Counted from the stretch's first letter, positions 23,201-36,800 are shown. The stretch is DNA of 64,000 nucleotides from Raillietiella orientalis (GCA_036172245.1 JAYWIR010000039.1:1736001-1800000); one strand, 5' to 3'. Notes: a model not told the origin generated them from the letters alone. Program-made: numbers and translations.

Positions 23201-26200
23201 CAGGTGTACGTGTCCGTCCTTTGTGCTTTGGAGACGTTCGAAATGCGCTCTCTTCAGAATTCCAATTGTGGTCGTTTGCGATTTTGAACATGCCACATGC
23301 AAGAAAATTCGTTTTAATTGCTTCTGATACACAGTGCTCAGAAATCAGTTTCGGGTTTTCTGCAGCTGTTTTGTGTCGTTCCGATGCTTGTGGCAAAAGG
23401 AAGCCGAGTTGACATCATTTTCCTGCATGCATTATGATAATTACAGGGAAATGTCATCGGATAAAAGACCACCATGAAAACTAAGGTGCTAAACAGCTCT
23501 TTGCAGCACTAGATCATGGGCTAAAAAGCAAACAGAACGAATTCAACAGGGTCGAATCACCGATACAGTTAGCGTTGATAATGAATCGTGCTCGTGCAAG
23601 TACTGTAATCACATCTACGTGCAAACAGCACAATGGAGTGTACAAATAAAAAAAAAGGAAGAACGGATTCCAATCAAGCAATCGGAATTCCCCGCGCGAA
23701 GCCTTTCATTTTTCCAAATCACCTTCCGTCCCAGCGTTTTTGTCAGCTCTTCACGTTTCCAAGTGACTTCAACATTTAGGATTTAAACTGCATTTGTTCT
23801 TTTGTCCGTTTCCCACAAGAGCCGTGGACGACCTACCTTGGCAATTCTGATCAAGGATGCAATTATGCTCCCTGAGCAAGCAAACGGCGGCTGAACGTTG
23901 TAAACACGCTTGAGGACTCTTGGAATCCTCGAATCGCGCACAAGGCGAGGGGCACTCGAAACTTGCAAGTCACGCAAGCGGTTCCTGCCAGAACCCACGG
24001 CGGGCTTCAAGAGTATGCCTAACGTGTTTGTGCGAGACGAGTATGGGGACCGAAGAACAGATTTGCGTGTGTCAACACAATTCTGGATCTGCTCCGTGAT
24101 TTGCGTTTTATCGAGGCGTCATCTCAGGGTGCAAAGGTCACGGGTATCCTCAAGTCCGTCCGAAGTGCAATCCAGTAGACGTGAAGAACTGAATTCTTGG
24201 TGCGCTGTCCATCGAACTTCTCACATCACGATATTAGGAACCCCGCCCCCCCCCCCCCCCTCCAAAAAAAAAAAAAAAATCACAGAACACGGCGAACGTA
24301 GCTTTAGGATGTCATTGCACGCGATGTTTCAGGGAGAAGGCCCCCCCAGATCCGGTCCAGGCCAGTATACAGTCCGAAAACCGTATGCACTACTCGGCAT
24401 ACGGGGGCATTCGTCATTGTCTTTAGCCACTTTTGCTGCTGCTTAATAACGTTGTTGTTGTCACGATCCGTAAGGTGAAGCAGGAACGAGGGTTCGTCAG
24501 CACCGATTGCAACACCGGAGAGGTAAGTTCGGGGCACCTGTGGGCGCACGCTCTCCGTGGCACCCGGGGCGCATCGCGCACGCGCAGGACGGCCGGCGAG
24601 GGGATCCCGGACAAGGCGATCTGCCCGAGCTGCTGCTACGCGCGCAGCGTCTGCGTCGGCTGCTGCGCACAACCGCGCGATGAGGAAGACGAGGAAGCGC
24701 TCGCCCTCCCTGTGGAAAAATCGCGGCTGGTCTCGGGGAAAGACCTCCGGAAGACGTTCTCTCCCCCCTCCCGGGGGGGCCAGTCAAATAAGTGGAGGCG
24801 CCCCCTCTTGACACCGCCCATTTCGTATCAGCTGATGAAATGCCGTTCTCAAAATGCCGGCTCCGAAGATGCGGAAAGTCGTATTTCCTAAGTGTGTGTG
24901 CACGTGTGTGTGTGAGGGGGGAGGAGGAGGATTTCTTTGCTTTTCGCGCTGAAGGCCACTTGTGTAGAAATGGCATGTGATTTTTTTTTGTGTGTGTGTG
25001 TTTTTTTTTAAAAAAAAAGGGGCGGAAAGGACAAATTTCCAGTGCTAGGCGCAAAAACTTTCCAAAAATAAAATGTCCTACCTGCTTTAGGAAGATCGGC
25101 CCACGTTCGTTATCTTTAGGAGGAGGTGCATGGGTGGATGTTTTTGCTGGAGGCTGGGACCGTTCTGCGGAGATTCGCCTTGCATCCTGCGCCTTGAGGA
25201 AGCATGCCTGCGTCGGAGCTCCCTCCCTCCGTTCGCACCCATCGTTCCCTCGATCGTCTTCCGGGTCCCTGAGACCTCCCCGTAGCCGACGGGCCAGCTG
25301 GGATTGCCAGGCAAAAACATCACAGTTGCTCAGCCCAGCCAGAGCCACTCGTCTCTCTCTCTCTCTCTCTCTCTCTTGTTTTTTGCTCTCCCGACGTCGT
25401 CGTTTGGCTGGTTGCCAAGGCAGAGCGCTGTTTATCGGCGTGAGGTGAATTCCGGCTTCGGGGATCGTTCCAATCAATCACGTGGAAGCGCGGTGGCGGA
25501 AGATGCGAAAGGATTTCGAAACCGGCCGTTTCGAGTGTCCGAACGGGGATCGCAGAATTTACGGCCGCCCGAAGGGAAGAACCTGCGGGCGGGCGAACCG
25601 CGCTCTCACCGCTCGGGTCGTGCGCCCTTCAAGAAGGGCGAGGAAGTCCCGGGGTTTTTCCTTCCCTTGACGGACCCCAGCGAGAGCGTGCGCTCCCCAA
25701 AAGAGATGGGGGTAGAAAGCGGTCGGCGGCTCAGAGAATTTTCCCCCTTTTTTCGCCACCCTCTGGGCAGCTCCCGTGCAAACCCATTCTGTTTTTTCTC
25801 GAGTTCACGGGGGCGGACCGGGAAACAGTGCTGTCCCCCCCCCCGCATCGCGCAACAAGAGTCTCGGAACGGGCGGAAGTGGGCAGCGCCCGCGTCTCCG
25901 GAGCGGGATCGGGGAGGGATGCAATCGCCGGCAGAGGAGACTCTAGAGGTTCGCGCGCGTTGCCCTGTTCCTGAAGTTTTCCTTCGGGTAAGACAGAAAA
26001 GAGTCGGATGGGGGAGCGAGTCGAGAAGGAACCTAGGTCCGCGTCCCTCCCCATCGCCCCCATGCTTTGTTCTGCTCTACCCGCTGAATGTGTTTTCAGG
26101 AACGCCTCCCCGTAGTGCGCTGTCCGAAAGCCCATGGCCGCCTCCACGAGAACCCCACTGGGGGCGTCGAAGAGAAGAGGGCGTGGCTCGCAGGTGAATG

Positions 26201-29200
26201 AGAGAGAACGCAGACCGCCATCCCCTCCTTTTTGTTCCACCTCCCTTGCCCTCAGGGTAGGAAAATGTCATGGGGGAAGAAAAATAAATAAATAAAAATC
26301 CCTGCACGCTCGCTTCCCTTTCTCCACGGGTACTGCAGTCACCTCAGGAGGTAAACTCTCTTCCGCCCTCTCCATCCCACGGACGCCTGCCTCTTCCGCC
26401 CCATCCCGAGAGCGTAGGCATCCGCCCTTTCCTAGGACTCACAGCAGACGCCCAGACTTCCCGACGTGTTTATGACCTCTCCCTTCTTTCTGTCCCGTCC
26501 TCCTCCGTCCTCTTGATGTTTTCCCCCCTGACTCACTGACATCTAGTAGTTGGGAGCGTCGTCCTCCGGTAGGGAGATGTCTATCCGGGCGGAACATCTC
26601 TTCTCCAGACTTCTACGAATACACTGTTTCTAGGAAGATGACCTTGTGATGCCGTTCCAGAAACCGTTCCTTGCCTTCCGTCAAGGAAGGAAACGACCGA
26701 CCCCACCAGACGACAGCGCCGGAGGCGTGGGAAGCAACCTGGGGGCTTCTCGTTTGTTCTCTCCCATGCCAGATGTTCCCTGAATGGGCATTTTTTTTTT
26801 GGAGGTGACCCGTGCCGGAGGTAGAGAAGACCCACCTGGTGGACGTTGGAAGGACGCACCACAGCACCACCCGGCGCGTCTCTCGCTGCTTCCAGCTGCT
26901 TCCTCCGCTTCTCTCGAGGGAGGAGAGGACAACAGCGCATGCTTGCCGACTCCGAGGTGACTTGAGAGTAGGCGGGGTAGCACTGCTCGAGCGCCGAGGG
27001 CGAAAGGTAGCCGGAACCCAGGAGAACTCGTCTCAGCTTTCCCCGTGTCCGCTGGACCGTTCGCGCCGGAAGAGCAGGAATCGAGTCCCACCTTCTGCGC
27101 CCACGCAGCCGGCAGTGCCATCTCGTGGCCTCCCTGGTAATGTGCTCGCGCTGCTTTTCCCTTCCTGCCTGTCTTCTTCCTTCCGGGAACGAGTGAGCTG
27201 CTGGGCTCCCAGCCCCTCCTCCCCTCCTTTTCCCGTCCCACCTCCATCGTCACTCCTTACTTTTCTCTCTACCGATGTGCACCACACTAGCACATCTCCG
27301 GGAGGCTGTTGAAGGCGGCGGAGGTTGGAGTTCCCCCTCCCTTCTCTCTCCCGCCCACCTCCTCGAGGAGGCGCAGCAGCCGTGCGTTATCGCGGCCATC
27401 CTTATCTACTGAGTCTCCTCCTCTGTCTTCGGGGACAGTTGGAAACGCCGTCCGTGTGCTGGTTTTTTCCTCCCTACTTTATCTTCACGGGACTCGAGGG
27501 CCTCATAGTTCTGGAAAGCGGGAAGACCTCCTTCTCCATCCTCGCTGAGGCTCTGAGAGGAAGAGAGAGAGCGCGAGGGAAAAAATGAATTCTCGAGGTC
27601 GGTTCCCGGTTCCTCCCTCCCTCCTTGCTCGATCTGAACGGCGACAACGCCAGCGTGCTCCTGCCGGTGCTGCTGACGCTGTTGTAGGGATGCACACCTC
27701 TGTTACGCCTCGGGCTGCGGAGGGCTTCACTGTTCTCTGGGGGGGGGGGGGGGGCAGCCAAAGGACAGATGCTGAACCTCATCCGCCACACACTAGAGAA
27801 AAATCGCCTCCCCCCCATACTGTTGTCGGCGTGTTATGTGGTGCTTGGGGATACCACGTTGCTCTTCCCAGCGAGGATGCGGGAGAGGAGACATCCGACG
27901 TCGATCCGGAAACGACTGGTTCGCACGTCCCCTCGGACGGCTTCGAAGCCATTTTCACGGATCTTTCGAGAGCGCTTTCCGTGGTCGTTTGGGAACGCCC
28001 TCTATGAGGTGCTGGCATCGTCTACTCATTTTTGTTGCTGTTGTTAATGATGGTGGTGATGGAATGGCCTCCTGGGTTCGGGCCAGCGAATTCCCACTTG
28101 CGTGGGCGGCCCGCACGTGGAATAAAGTGAACCGAATTTTTCTTTTTTTGTGTGAGAGCTCATTGCACAAGGTTGCTTATCCTCAGAATGCTTTGTGAGA
28201 TTCCAGAGTACTCCTGACGGTCATCAACGAGATTCTCTACCTTGGGGTCCTTCAAATGACAACGCCTCTCTTGCAAGATGTCTGTGAAGCCTGTCACGAA
28301 CCTTCGAAAAAGTTCCATGCCGTCAGCTCTCTTCTCGATGCTGCAAAACCACAGACATTGAGCGCGGGCCGGAGGACCTGGTAGTTCAGCCAGTTGAGTA
28401 TCACGTGGACCCTCGGACAAGCATAAAAAGAGGCCGATCAGTAAGAATGAAGAATGATGGGCTTCGCCGAAATGTTTAAGAACGTCGTCCGGAAACGATT
28501 GTTCGCGTAGGCATTTTTCTTTGTTTTTTGTTTTCTCGTGTTTGTGTGTTTCGCGGAAGCGACCAATGGAGCTCTGCGAAATGCCGCAGCCGTCCCGTGC
28601 TAGTAAGCATCTTTCCTTTGTTCTCGAGCCTTCCTACGGCACTGCCAATCCAAGATTGGCAAGGAAGGACGCGTAGCAATCGATTATCTAAGGTATTTCC
28701 AGCTGTTGTTGGTGTTTCCGCAATTAACCCCTTCCGTCCTTTTGGTTACCGATTTATTTTGTCGCGCCTTTTCTTTTCTTTCGTTTGCCCTCATTTTCGT
28801 GCGGGGAGCGATCCGCTCCTGGAGATGGCCGCCGCATTCGTGGGCCGCGAGATTCTCCAGTGTGACCACGGGCTTTCGGAGCCGACGGCATCATTGCCTG
28901 AAACTCGAAGAGCCCAAGGGGATACAGCAGAGGAACCGCGAGGTTGTTTCCGCACACTCACAGCTTGCTGGAAGATCGAGACCTGGAGGGAGTAGGAAGC
29001 TGGGTCTTGGGTAGGAGGGCTTGGGAAGAGTCGGAAAGTGCGCTAAAGGAACGTGGTCGCATTCTCCTTCCACTACTGGTGCAAATGGAGGCTTTCGGCT
29101 CCTCCTCCCCCCATTCATCCGCCAGCGCTCTGTGACTGCTTTCTCACTGTTGTCGCCGTTGGAGGGAGATCATCAGATGATCGTTCCCAAGCATGCTAGC

Positions 29201-32200
29201 CGGTCCCTTTGTGGGATCCTCCCGAATTCGACTGGTTCGCGAGGAGATTCCTGCCGCGGGAATCTCCGTGGTTACGCGTCTCGCGGCAACCATCAGGAAC
29301 TCCTCTGCATTCCGTTTGGATCGAAACGAGTAGCATGCTCTAGAAGAGGTATTCCCTTCCTACTCTCTTACTCTGTAAGGAGTTGCACACTGCCACGGAT
29401 TATCCGATACGATTTTGCTCAGCATGCCAAAGAGAAAGCCATCCAGGGACCAAAGCCTCCAGAAGATGCTCACGTCCCCGATCGCATCGCCCTCCGAGAG
29501 AGAAAATTCATCCCGTCCCCCTCTTTGATGACCTCTTCTGCAGTCTCAGGAACTCGAGAGACATCGTCAGGCAACCTCCTCAGAGACACTCCTTGCCCCA
29601 CCACAGTGGTCACCGACCTTCTTGGTGACTTCTCCTGTCTTCTTCCTTCCAGAGACGAGGCATGTGTTCTCCGGGTCGCTCGCCATGGTCTCATCTCGCT
29701 CTGAATCGCTTATGGGTTCTATGTCCTCCACTTTTCCCTTTCTCCCTTCCAAAGTACTTCTGGGCTTCCCGAGCATTTCGATTGCTCATCCTGGCATCTG
29801 GAAACCCTCTTTGCCGAGATACCCACCAGCTATTCAAGGAATCCACCATATGAACTTCGGATAGGCTCTGTTCCGCAGTCCGGGGCAGGCATCCAGGTTT
29901 GCCAATTAGGGAGCTGCCGCAGCAATCCGTACCTCCCTTCCCTCCTCCCAGAAACCACTATCTGGGAGGAGGCGGTCGTTGGATTTCAGTAAGGCGTCTC
30001 CCTCAAGCATTCACGTCGGAGCAGCATCGAGGTCTCTGCCAAGCTGGCTTTTAGGAAGTTTTTTATTGCTTTCCAAGTTTCCTCCTTCGGAGGGAACACA
30101 TCTGCATTGCTTGGTGGAAGTCAAGTCCGAGTCTGACGATGCTCAGTATATAATGCATTTCTAGTAGGAGCGCGTGGTGAGCCTTACCCAGTTGCAGATG
30201 CTGGAGACGAATATTCGTTGAGCGTTCTGCTAGCGCACTCTCACGGACATCCTTTGGCGACCCTGGTGATTATGGTTGTCGGATGTCTTCACTCGTTGAG
30301 GATAGAGTACAGCAGCTGTTGCACTGGGGAAAAGCTGCTCGAAGGGGGTGAGGCATGGGTTTTGCCACTCCCACGGGGGAGCCTTCGTGTTCAGGGGGTC
30401 GTGGAAGGCGCAATGGAAACGACGACGCGGGTTGGAGTTGATTTTGATTTCACTTTGCCCGGACGTGGGACTAGTGGAGGGGGGGAAGGGGTTGATGTTG
30501 ACAGGAGTGTCACTTGCTGTGTCCTCGTATCAACTAATATTGTCATCTTCAGCCGGCTCATGGGAAGGCAAATTATCAAAGCGTGAGGCATTGTAAGAAA
30601 TGATGGGAGAAGCTGAGGGCACAATGAGGTGCTGTGTTTCTGTGGCTGGCACAAAGGGAGCACTAGTTGAGGGGTCAGGGACGGGTCTAGATGGGCAGGT
30701 AGGGTCGGTTTTTATCACAAGGGGAGAGAACACAGGACTTTGGTGGAAGCCTGGTTTTCGATATGTCTTGCATAGATGTCTCTGGATGCACGGAGCGCAG
30801 CTGCGACCATTCTGGCTCAGAGGGGTTTAGCATGTGGTTCAGGAATGCCCAATCTAGCTAAGACTTCATTATTTGGATACCAAGCTCCAAGCGTCCCGAT
30901 GATGAGCGCATCCACGCTTTAATCTTAGCCAAAGTGGCCACCGGCTTCTAAAGGTATCCTTGCTGCTCGGCGACCGCAGTTACAGCGGGGAGATATCTGC
31001 CGATGGGTTCGCTCCACCTCCTCTTCGAGGAGGACGCCATGAGTCTCCTCCACTCTTAGGAGAAACGAAAGGGTGCAGAGGAAGGGCAACGAGCGGCTGC
31101 TTGGCATTAGTGTTTCTCGGAGATGCAGCCGGGAAGGTAGTCTGGGGCCGATAGCCCTCGTTTCCAGAGGTCTCTCTCTTATCTTTGCCGGAGCTGGGAA
31201 GACCCTTGTTGGTGGCGGGGAAGGCACGTGAGAAGGTGAGCGCTTCACTGTCCCATTGGTCTCTCCGGTCCTGGGGAAGCTATGTAATTTGTGCCCCAGC
31301 GGGGAATGCGGGTCTCTGCGAAAGGAAGGCCTCCTCGGATTCCACGACTCGAGGTATGGGAACCTCATTCCCACACCTCGAGTATTCTCCTCTTCTCCGA
31401 AATACTGTTGTAGACAACGGGGAATATATGGTTGCCTTTTTTCGAGCTGCTTTCGGATGTCCCGGCGATCGGGTCTACTGCCTGCAGGAGCAGCAGCAGC
31501 AGCTTCCTCGAAAGAGAGAAGGGGACTGTCGGTTCCCTGGAAGTGTCCCCTTCTTGCTCCCTTTTTAGTCCAGTCCCTCCCTCTCGGCTGGAGAAAAGGG
31601 ACGCCAAAAGGGAGGGAGAAAAGGAGTGGGAGAGTAGCGGAGCACCTGCTCGTGAGGTGAGCATGGATGCCAGTACGCAGCCTGACACCAACGTCGTGCA
31701 GCTTAGCGACAGCAAAGATGCAGGAAGGAGAGCATCTGTAAGTCCTCCGAAGAGCCTCATTGGGTTTCCTTCTCCCCATCATCGGGAGACGCATTGCTGG
31801 CGATCTCGGAATGGGGCCTATCTGCTGACCTTTTGTTTTTTCTTCTTTGTGTGTCTCTTCATCAAAGTTACGGGAAATCGAATCTCTCGTCCGCATCCTC
31901 GTCCCTCGAGGGAGATCAGAAGTGTCAGCTGCTTCTCTCCCGATACATGCCGACGAGAAGACCGAACTGTGACGTAAGGAGAGCAGAGGAGACGGAAGGA
32001 GAGTGGTCTCATCTGAAATCATAGAAGACCAAGGTGGACGGAAGTCTCCTCATCTTCTGCACTACATTGATTGAAGGGTGGGCTGAAGAGTGGATGCATT
32101 GGGGCACTGCCCCTCCACCTCAGCGAGTGCACGCCGCTTGCGTGAAGGAAGCACCCCGAGGGAACGGACCACTTCCTGAGATGAGAACGAAAGGGCAACC

Positions 32201-33603
32201 TTCGAGAGAGTTGCTCCTGTCCACCTTACCGCCTTCTCAGAGGCGACGGGAACGCTGACAGGCAGGCAGTCGGCCCTCGGGAGTGAACTACGCCCATCTC
32301 GTTGCTGGGATTGTTTCCAGGGCGAACCCTTCACTGCTTACACGGAGGAGGAGCTGTCATTGTCGCCGCCACCGCATCCTCGGAGCGCCGAGGTTCCCAT
32401 CTCCTCTCCTCGACGGACGGACGAGACAGCCCGGAGGACTGGAACCCGGATACTGAAGCCGTCTGCTTTCTCTCCCTTCCCATCTTCCTTCGCCATTGCC
32501 TCTTCAGTGCCGGCGAGAAAGTGTGCTCCCGGTAGAGACGTGAGGAGGAGGATGGAGACAATCAAGAGATCAAGAGCTAGCTTTCCAGAGAGGAGCGGGG
32601 GTACACACCGCAAGTGAGGGGTGTCCGTGCCCGCTCGAGGCCATTATGGAACAAAGGAAGGCGCTCTTGCATCCAGCTGGAGAGGAGCGCTCCCAGCACC
32701 CATTCCTCTGCCCATGCAAGCCCGCAGCAGCAAGGAGACCAACTTTGACAGCAGGTTTGACCACTTCAACACCGTTGTCGCAAAGGAACGGTTCCAACAC
32801 GTCTTCACAAGGAACCCAGCACCCCTTAGACTCATTTCCCTTTTTGCTGAGCTCCCCCTCCGTTCTCGGCCTGCCTTAATCCTCCCTGAACCATTCTCTC
32901 CCTCCCCCTCCCCCTCTCTCCCGCTTCCTGTTCGCTGTCGCTCGCTATTGCCTTGAACGACTCTTGGCATGATGCTACCGGAAGACTCAATTCAACCGGA
33001 TATTGCTTTTGAACACCACCGGATTTCCTGAGCTTCTTCGCCGTCGTGCACAGCATTTCTTGTCTGCGAAAAAAAAAAGACAAACAAAATGGAGCAAAGA
33101 AAGGACTTATTAAAGAATCTAAGAAGGGAAAAAAGCTGTTTCCATGCAGCAGCGCACACAAAGTCCGGCGACGCAGTTTCCCATGGAAACGCCCTCCTTT
33201 TTTCTCTTTCGGGAGAGAAAGAAGCTGAGGTCACATCTAGCAACAATTCATCGTAAGCATGTACGCCTCTCTCGTAGAAAGTCGGAAGCGCCTGCAGGCT
33301 AAACACGAAATTCCTGAGAAAGAGACCAGAAAGGATTCACAGATGACCATCCGCAGATGAAGAACATCCGGGGAGATGGAGGAAACACGCTGCCGTCTCG
33401 CATCGATGTTTTGCAAAAACACACACACACACACTCCGACCCTCCTGATGGCCCACCCACACATGTCACCGCGTCGCCTTCGAATCTTCGGTGTGTGCGT
33501 CTCGGGCGGACCGGTTCGCTGCGACGGAAGTAACGGTAGCAATGACAACGCTGGAAGGAAGCACTGGGCGAACAGATGCTTCATGTATTTCAGCAGTAGC
33601 AGA

Positions 33604-33867
33604 TCATGAAACGGGCCTCAGGAAGCGGACGCAAATGATGACGATGAACAGCAGGAAGATGACGAACAGCAACCTGTCTATAGCTGCTACTAGGATGCAC
33701 CAGTCGGAGATGGAAGAGATCTGTTCGGGGGCGTCGTTTTCAAGAAGATAAGATCCGTTACTCAGGGAAAGGTTTTGCTTGCCGTCTTCGCTCTTGGGAG
33801 GCTGCTCGTCCAATTTAACACTTACATACACGTTGGGCTCCGGAAAGGAACGACGGGGTTGAGGTTT
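33604..33867 (-). CDS. nAChR-like exon 8 (intracellular loop, TM4, stop)
   Basis: gatttccag acceptor; encodes ...SDWCILVAAIDRLLFVIFLLFIVIICV. Confidence 0.88.
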   Translation of the reverse strand, partial: KPQPRRSFPEPNVYVSVKLDEQPPKSEDGKQNLSLSNGSYLLENDAPEQISSISDWCILVAAIDRLLFVIFLLFIVIICVRFLRPVS

Positions 33868-36800
33868 CTGGAAATCAGGTGTTGCGCGCCAAGCGGAAGA
33901 GCTCTCGGAAACTCACGGACTGCCGGAAACATTGCAGACAAAAGACGAGGCCCCATCCACTGTTGAGAGCACGCATTAGGGCAGCAGGCGGTGGCTTCAA
34001 GTTGCTGTCTTGAGTCCATCCCGACAAGATGGTCGATATCACAAGAGAAATGCAAACCGCCACCAAGCAGTTGCTGAAAAATGTAACTGAAAGAGGGGCA
34101 GTAGCGATGAAGGACACAAGGGGAATTCACCAAGCAAGGGCAATCCATTCGTTAACGGGATCCGTGACTGCAACAATCCGAGAAGCAAGAACAACAACAA
34201 AACATTCAGAGTTCCAAGCAGCAACTTTCCGCTGCTTCCTGGGGGTAGCAGAAACACGCAGAGGCACAAGATCACCACGGCGATTGCAGGGGTCCACAGG
34301 GTGTGCATGATATAAGTGTTGCGCTTAAGGTGCAGACTGACTGTGACGTCCACATATGGTTCGGGGCAACAGGTGAAACGTTTGAGAGTTCTGACGATGC
34401 TAACGTTCAGAATCACCCAAGGGGTCGGCCTGTTCCCCATCTGATCCCAGTGGATCTAGCAAACAACAAGTGGGGTTAGGAGTCTGTGTTGTACTTGGTC
34501 GAGTAAATCTTGGAACAAGATCATGGAAGTGTACTTGAAGTCGCTTTCCTTTGTAATGTGGAATGACCGAAGAATACGTGGATCCTGAAAGATCTATACA
34601 CAAGGCAACCGAACACATCAATAACACCAACATTCGTGAAGAAGAGGGCTGGATAACAAAAACAATTTCTTGAGGATTATTTAGAAGGAACCTGTCGCTT
34701 GCTGGCAACCCAAATACCTTCCGCCATCGCACAAGGATGTACACTTGGTGATTTGGAGAAACGAACTCTTTTTTTCCCTTGCTTTTGCTTCTTTTTTTTT
34801 TTTTTCTAAATTGCTCGATAGAGGAAGTTTAAGAGTTTATCATCATTCAATTGGTGCAATCCCTCTCAAGAAGTTAATGCAAAGAGCTAACTCCATTCTC
34901 ATGAACATTAACCGTTGGTAACCATCGGGTGTTTATAGAAAAAAAAATTCAAAATAACAAGTAATTTGGGAACACACATCCGCGGATTCAACGGGTTAGC
35001 CATGCAGCTTCATGGAAGGGGGGCACATGAAAAAAGAGATAAAAGTGTTCGTGCACGAGCCCTCACCGAGTCTTTTTGTAGCAACACGTTGACGTGCTGA
35101 GCATCGTGGAACAACGATCCCAAGAGCAGCTCACACTTCTGCGTGTCTCTAGGCCAAAGGCGGAAATTCATGGAGCAGTGAGAATGAAACTGAGCTGGAG
35201 GTGCCCACCGGACTTTCCCTTCGTTATTCACTATTGCCTGTACCTTTCCGAAGTTGTTGGTCTCTAGGACACGGGCACTGCACTAACGAACGTTATAACA
35301 TCACGACAAATGCATCCTTACTTGTTGAGGACGGTCAAGTCGGGTTTCCAGAATTCGTCGTCGCACAAGTACAACTGCTTCAGCCCTCCGTACTCGGAAG
35401 GATCCCAACGGAAATACTCATCGAACCACATCTGTACAAAGAAAGGTTGCAAAGTAATCAAAAAAAAAAAAAAAAAAAAAAAACGGATGGAAAGCACATT
35501 TGCTTCCAATTCTGCGCACCGACATTCATTCACAACTTTCTGGGTGATTTCGCTGTTGTTTCGAACAAACTGAAACCTCATGAAACCTTCCGCCCACCGC
35601 TTGTTCTGCCATTCACGGAAACGAATGAGGTGAGAGCAGCGCAAACCGCAACGGGGGTCTTCTACGGACTCGCGTTCGCCCGCACCCCAAAGCTCACCCC
35701 AGTCGACGAGAAGGGTTTGCGGGAAAAGCTGGCGATCGCGGCCTTCGCGACTCCCGTCGGAAGGGAGTCGGGATCCAGCACAGCATCTTTGCATCACAAG
35801 TCGCATTCGCTTCCGGATCTCTCCCTTCCTACAGGTTGCCACGAAACGCCTCACCTGACTGGGGACGCCGTTGGGCACCCTATCCGTGGTGCAGTTTCAC
35901 CTTCCTCCGGGGGGAGAGTGTAACCGAACGTGTTTTGCCGTGCATGCACGAAACACCGAGAGCACGAGGTTGCCACGCTTTCCTCCCGAAACTCCTGGAC
36001 CACGGCTTCGTGTAAACATCGGCTTTTCACGGAGATGCACTGCTCGCTGCAGTCGCATTTCGAGAATTCCTAATGCCTCAAATCGTCGGGATATGAAAGC
36101 AAACCAATTATCTTGGGAAACTCTGGTGCAAAACTCCACAAGCGCTACCTCCATTTTGCTTTCCACGAGGTAGAGATAACGGTCTTTATCTGGAGACACC
36201 CATTTCAATTAACATGCAAAATTCCTATTTTTCTTATTTCTTTATCATCGTCATTATTTTTCAGTTCGAAGACGAATACTTTTTTCCCAGTGAATTCACA
36301 CCCCTTCGCGGTGGGTGGGTGGGTGGGCGGTGGGTTGAGCCCGCGATCATTCGCGGAAAGACGGTGGAAAGCATTCTGCCCGGCACCACCTACATTTAAT
36401 GAATCTATTCGGAGCATCGTGGAGCCATCGCACACAACGATATGAAAACGGAGATCGCTTACCATAGTAATCCACATTTTGGTCTCCATCACGCTATTCC
36501 ACTCATCCTGAAGTCACAGAAATCCTCAACATTATATAGGAATTGAGATCAGCAGTCAGCAGCGCTTACCATATTAACATCCAAAAATCCCAAACCAGCA
36601 AGAGTTACATTGACAGTGCTATTGTAATTGTATACAGGACGTTTAATGGGATCGTACCGTGAAAGAAGATCGTGTCTGAGCTTTAGGGTCCAGTCTATGC
36701 TATCTTGAGATCCTGAAAAGGGACGTGAATTCAAAAACAAGGAACGAAGCGAATCATCATCTTTCAATAATCTCGTGCGCCCGCTGCTTCGAAAAAGAGA

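Noticed and set aside
24304..24891. Cys-rich (CPSCC..CVGCC) plus-strand ORF and GERFLVFL-containing minus-strand frame
   Set aside because: No ATG start or complete exon structure and no complete domain; likely chance in GC-rich DNA.
29700..30170. LINE RT remnant
   Set aside because: Motif-like hits occur on both strands (LDFSKA on plus; EETWKAIK and QRGF on minus), so strand and identity cannot be assigned.
30925..32022. 365-aa minus-strand ORF
   Set aside because: No domain or coding-like composition, and it overlaps similarly long ORFs on the other strand.
36149..36189. Possible duplicate or mutually exclusive copy of the 45-nt nAChR exon (VESKM versus METKM)
   Set aside because: It is only 41 nt between AG and GT, breaks the frame and lacks the loop-D Trp.
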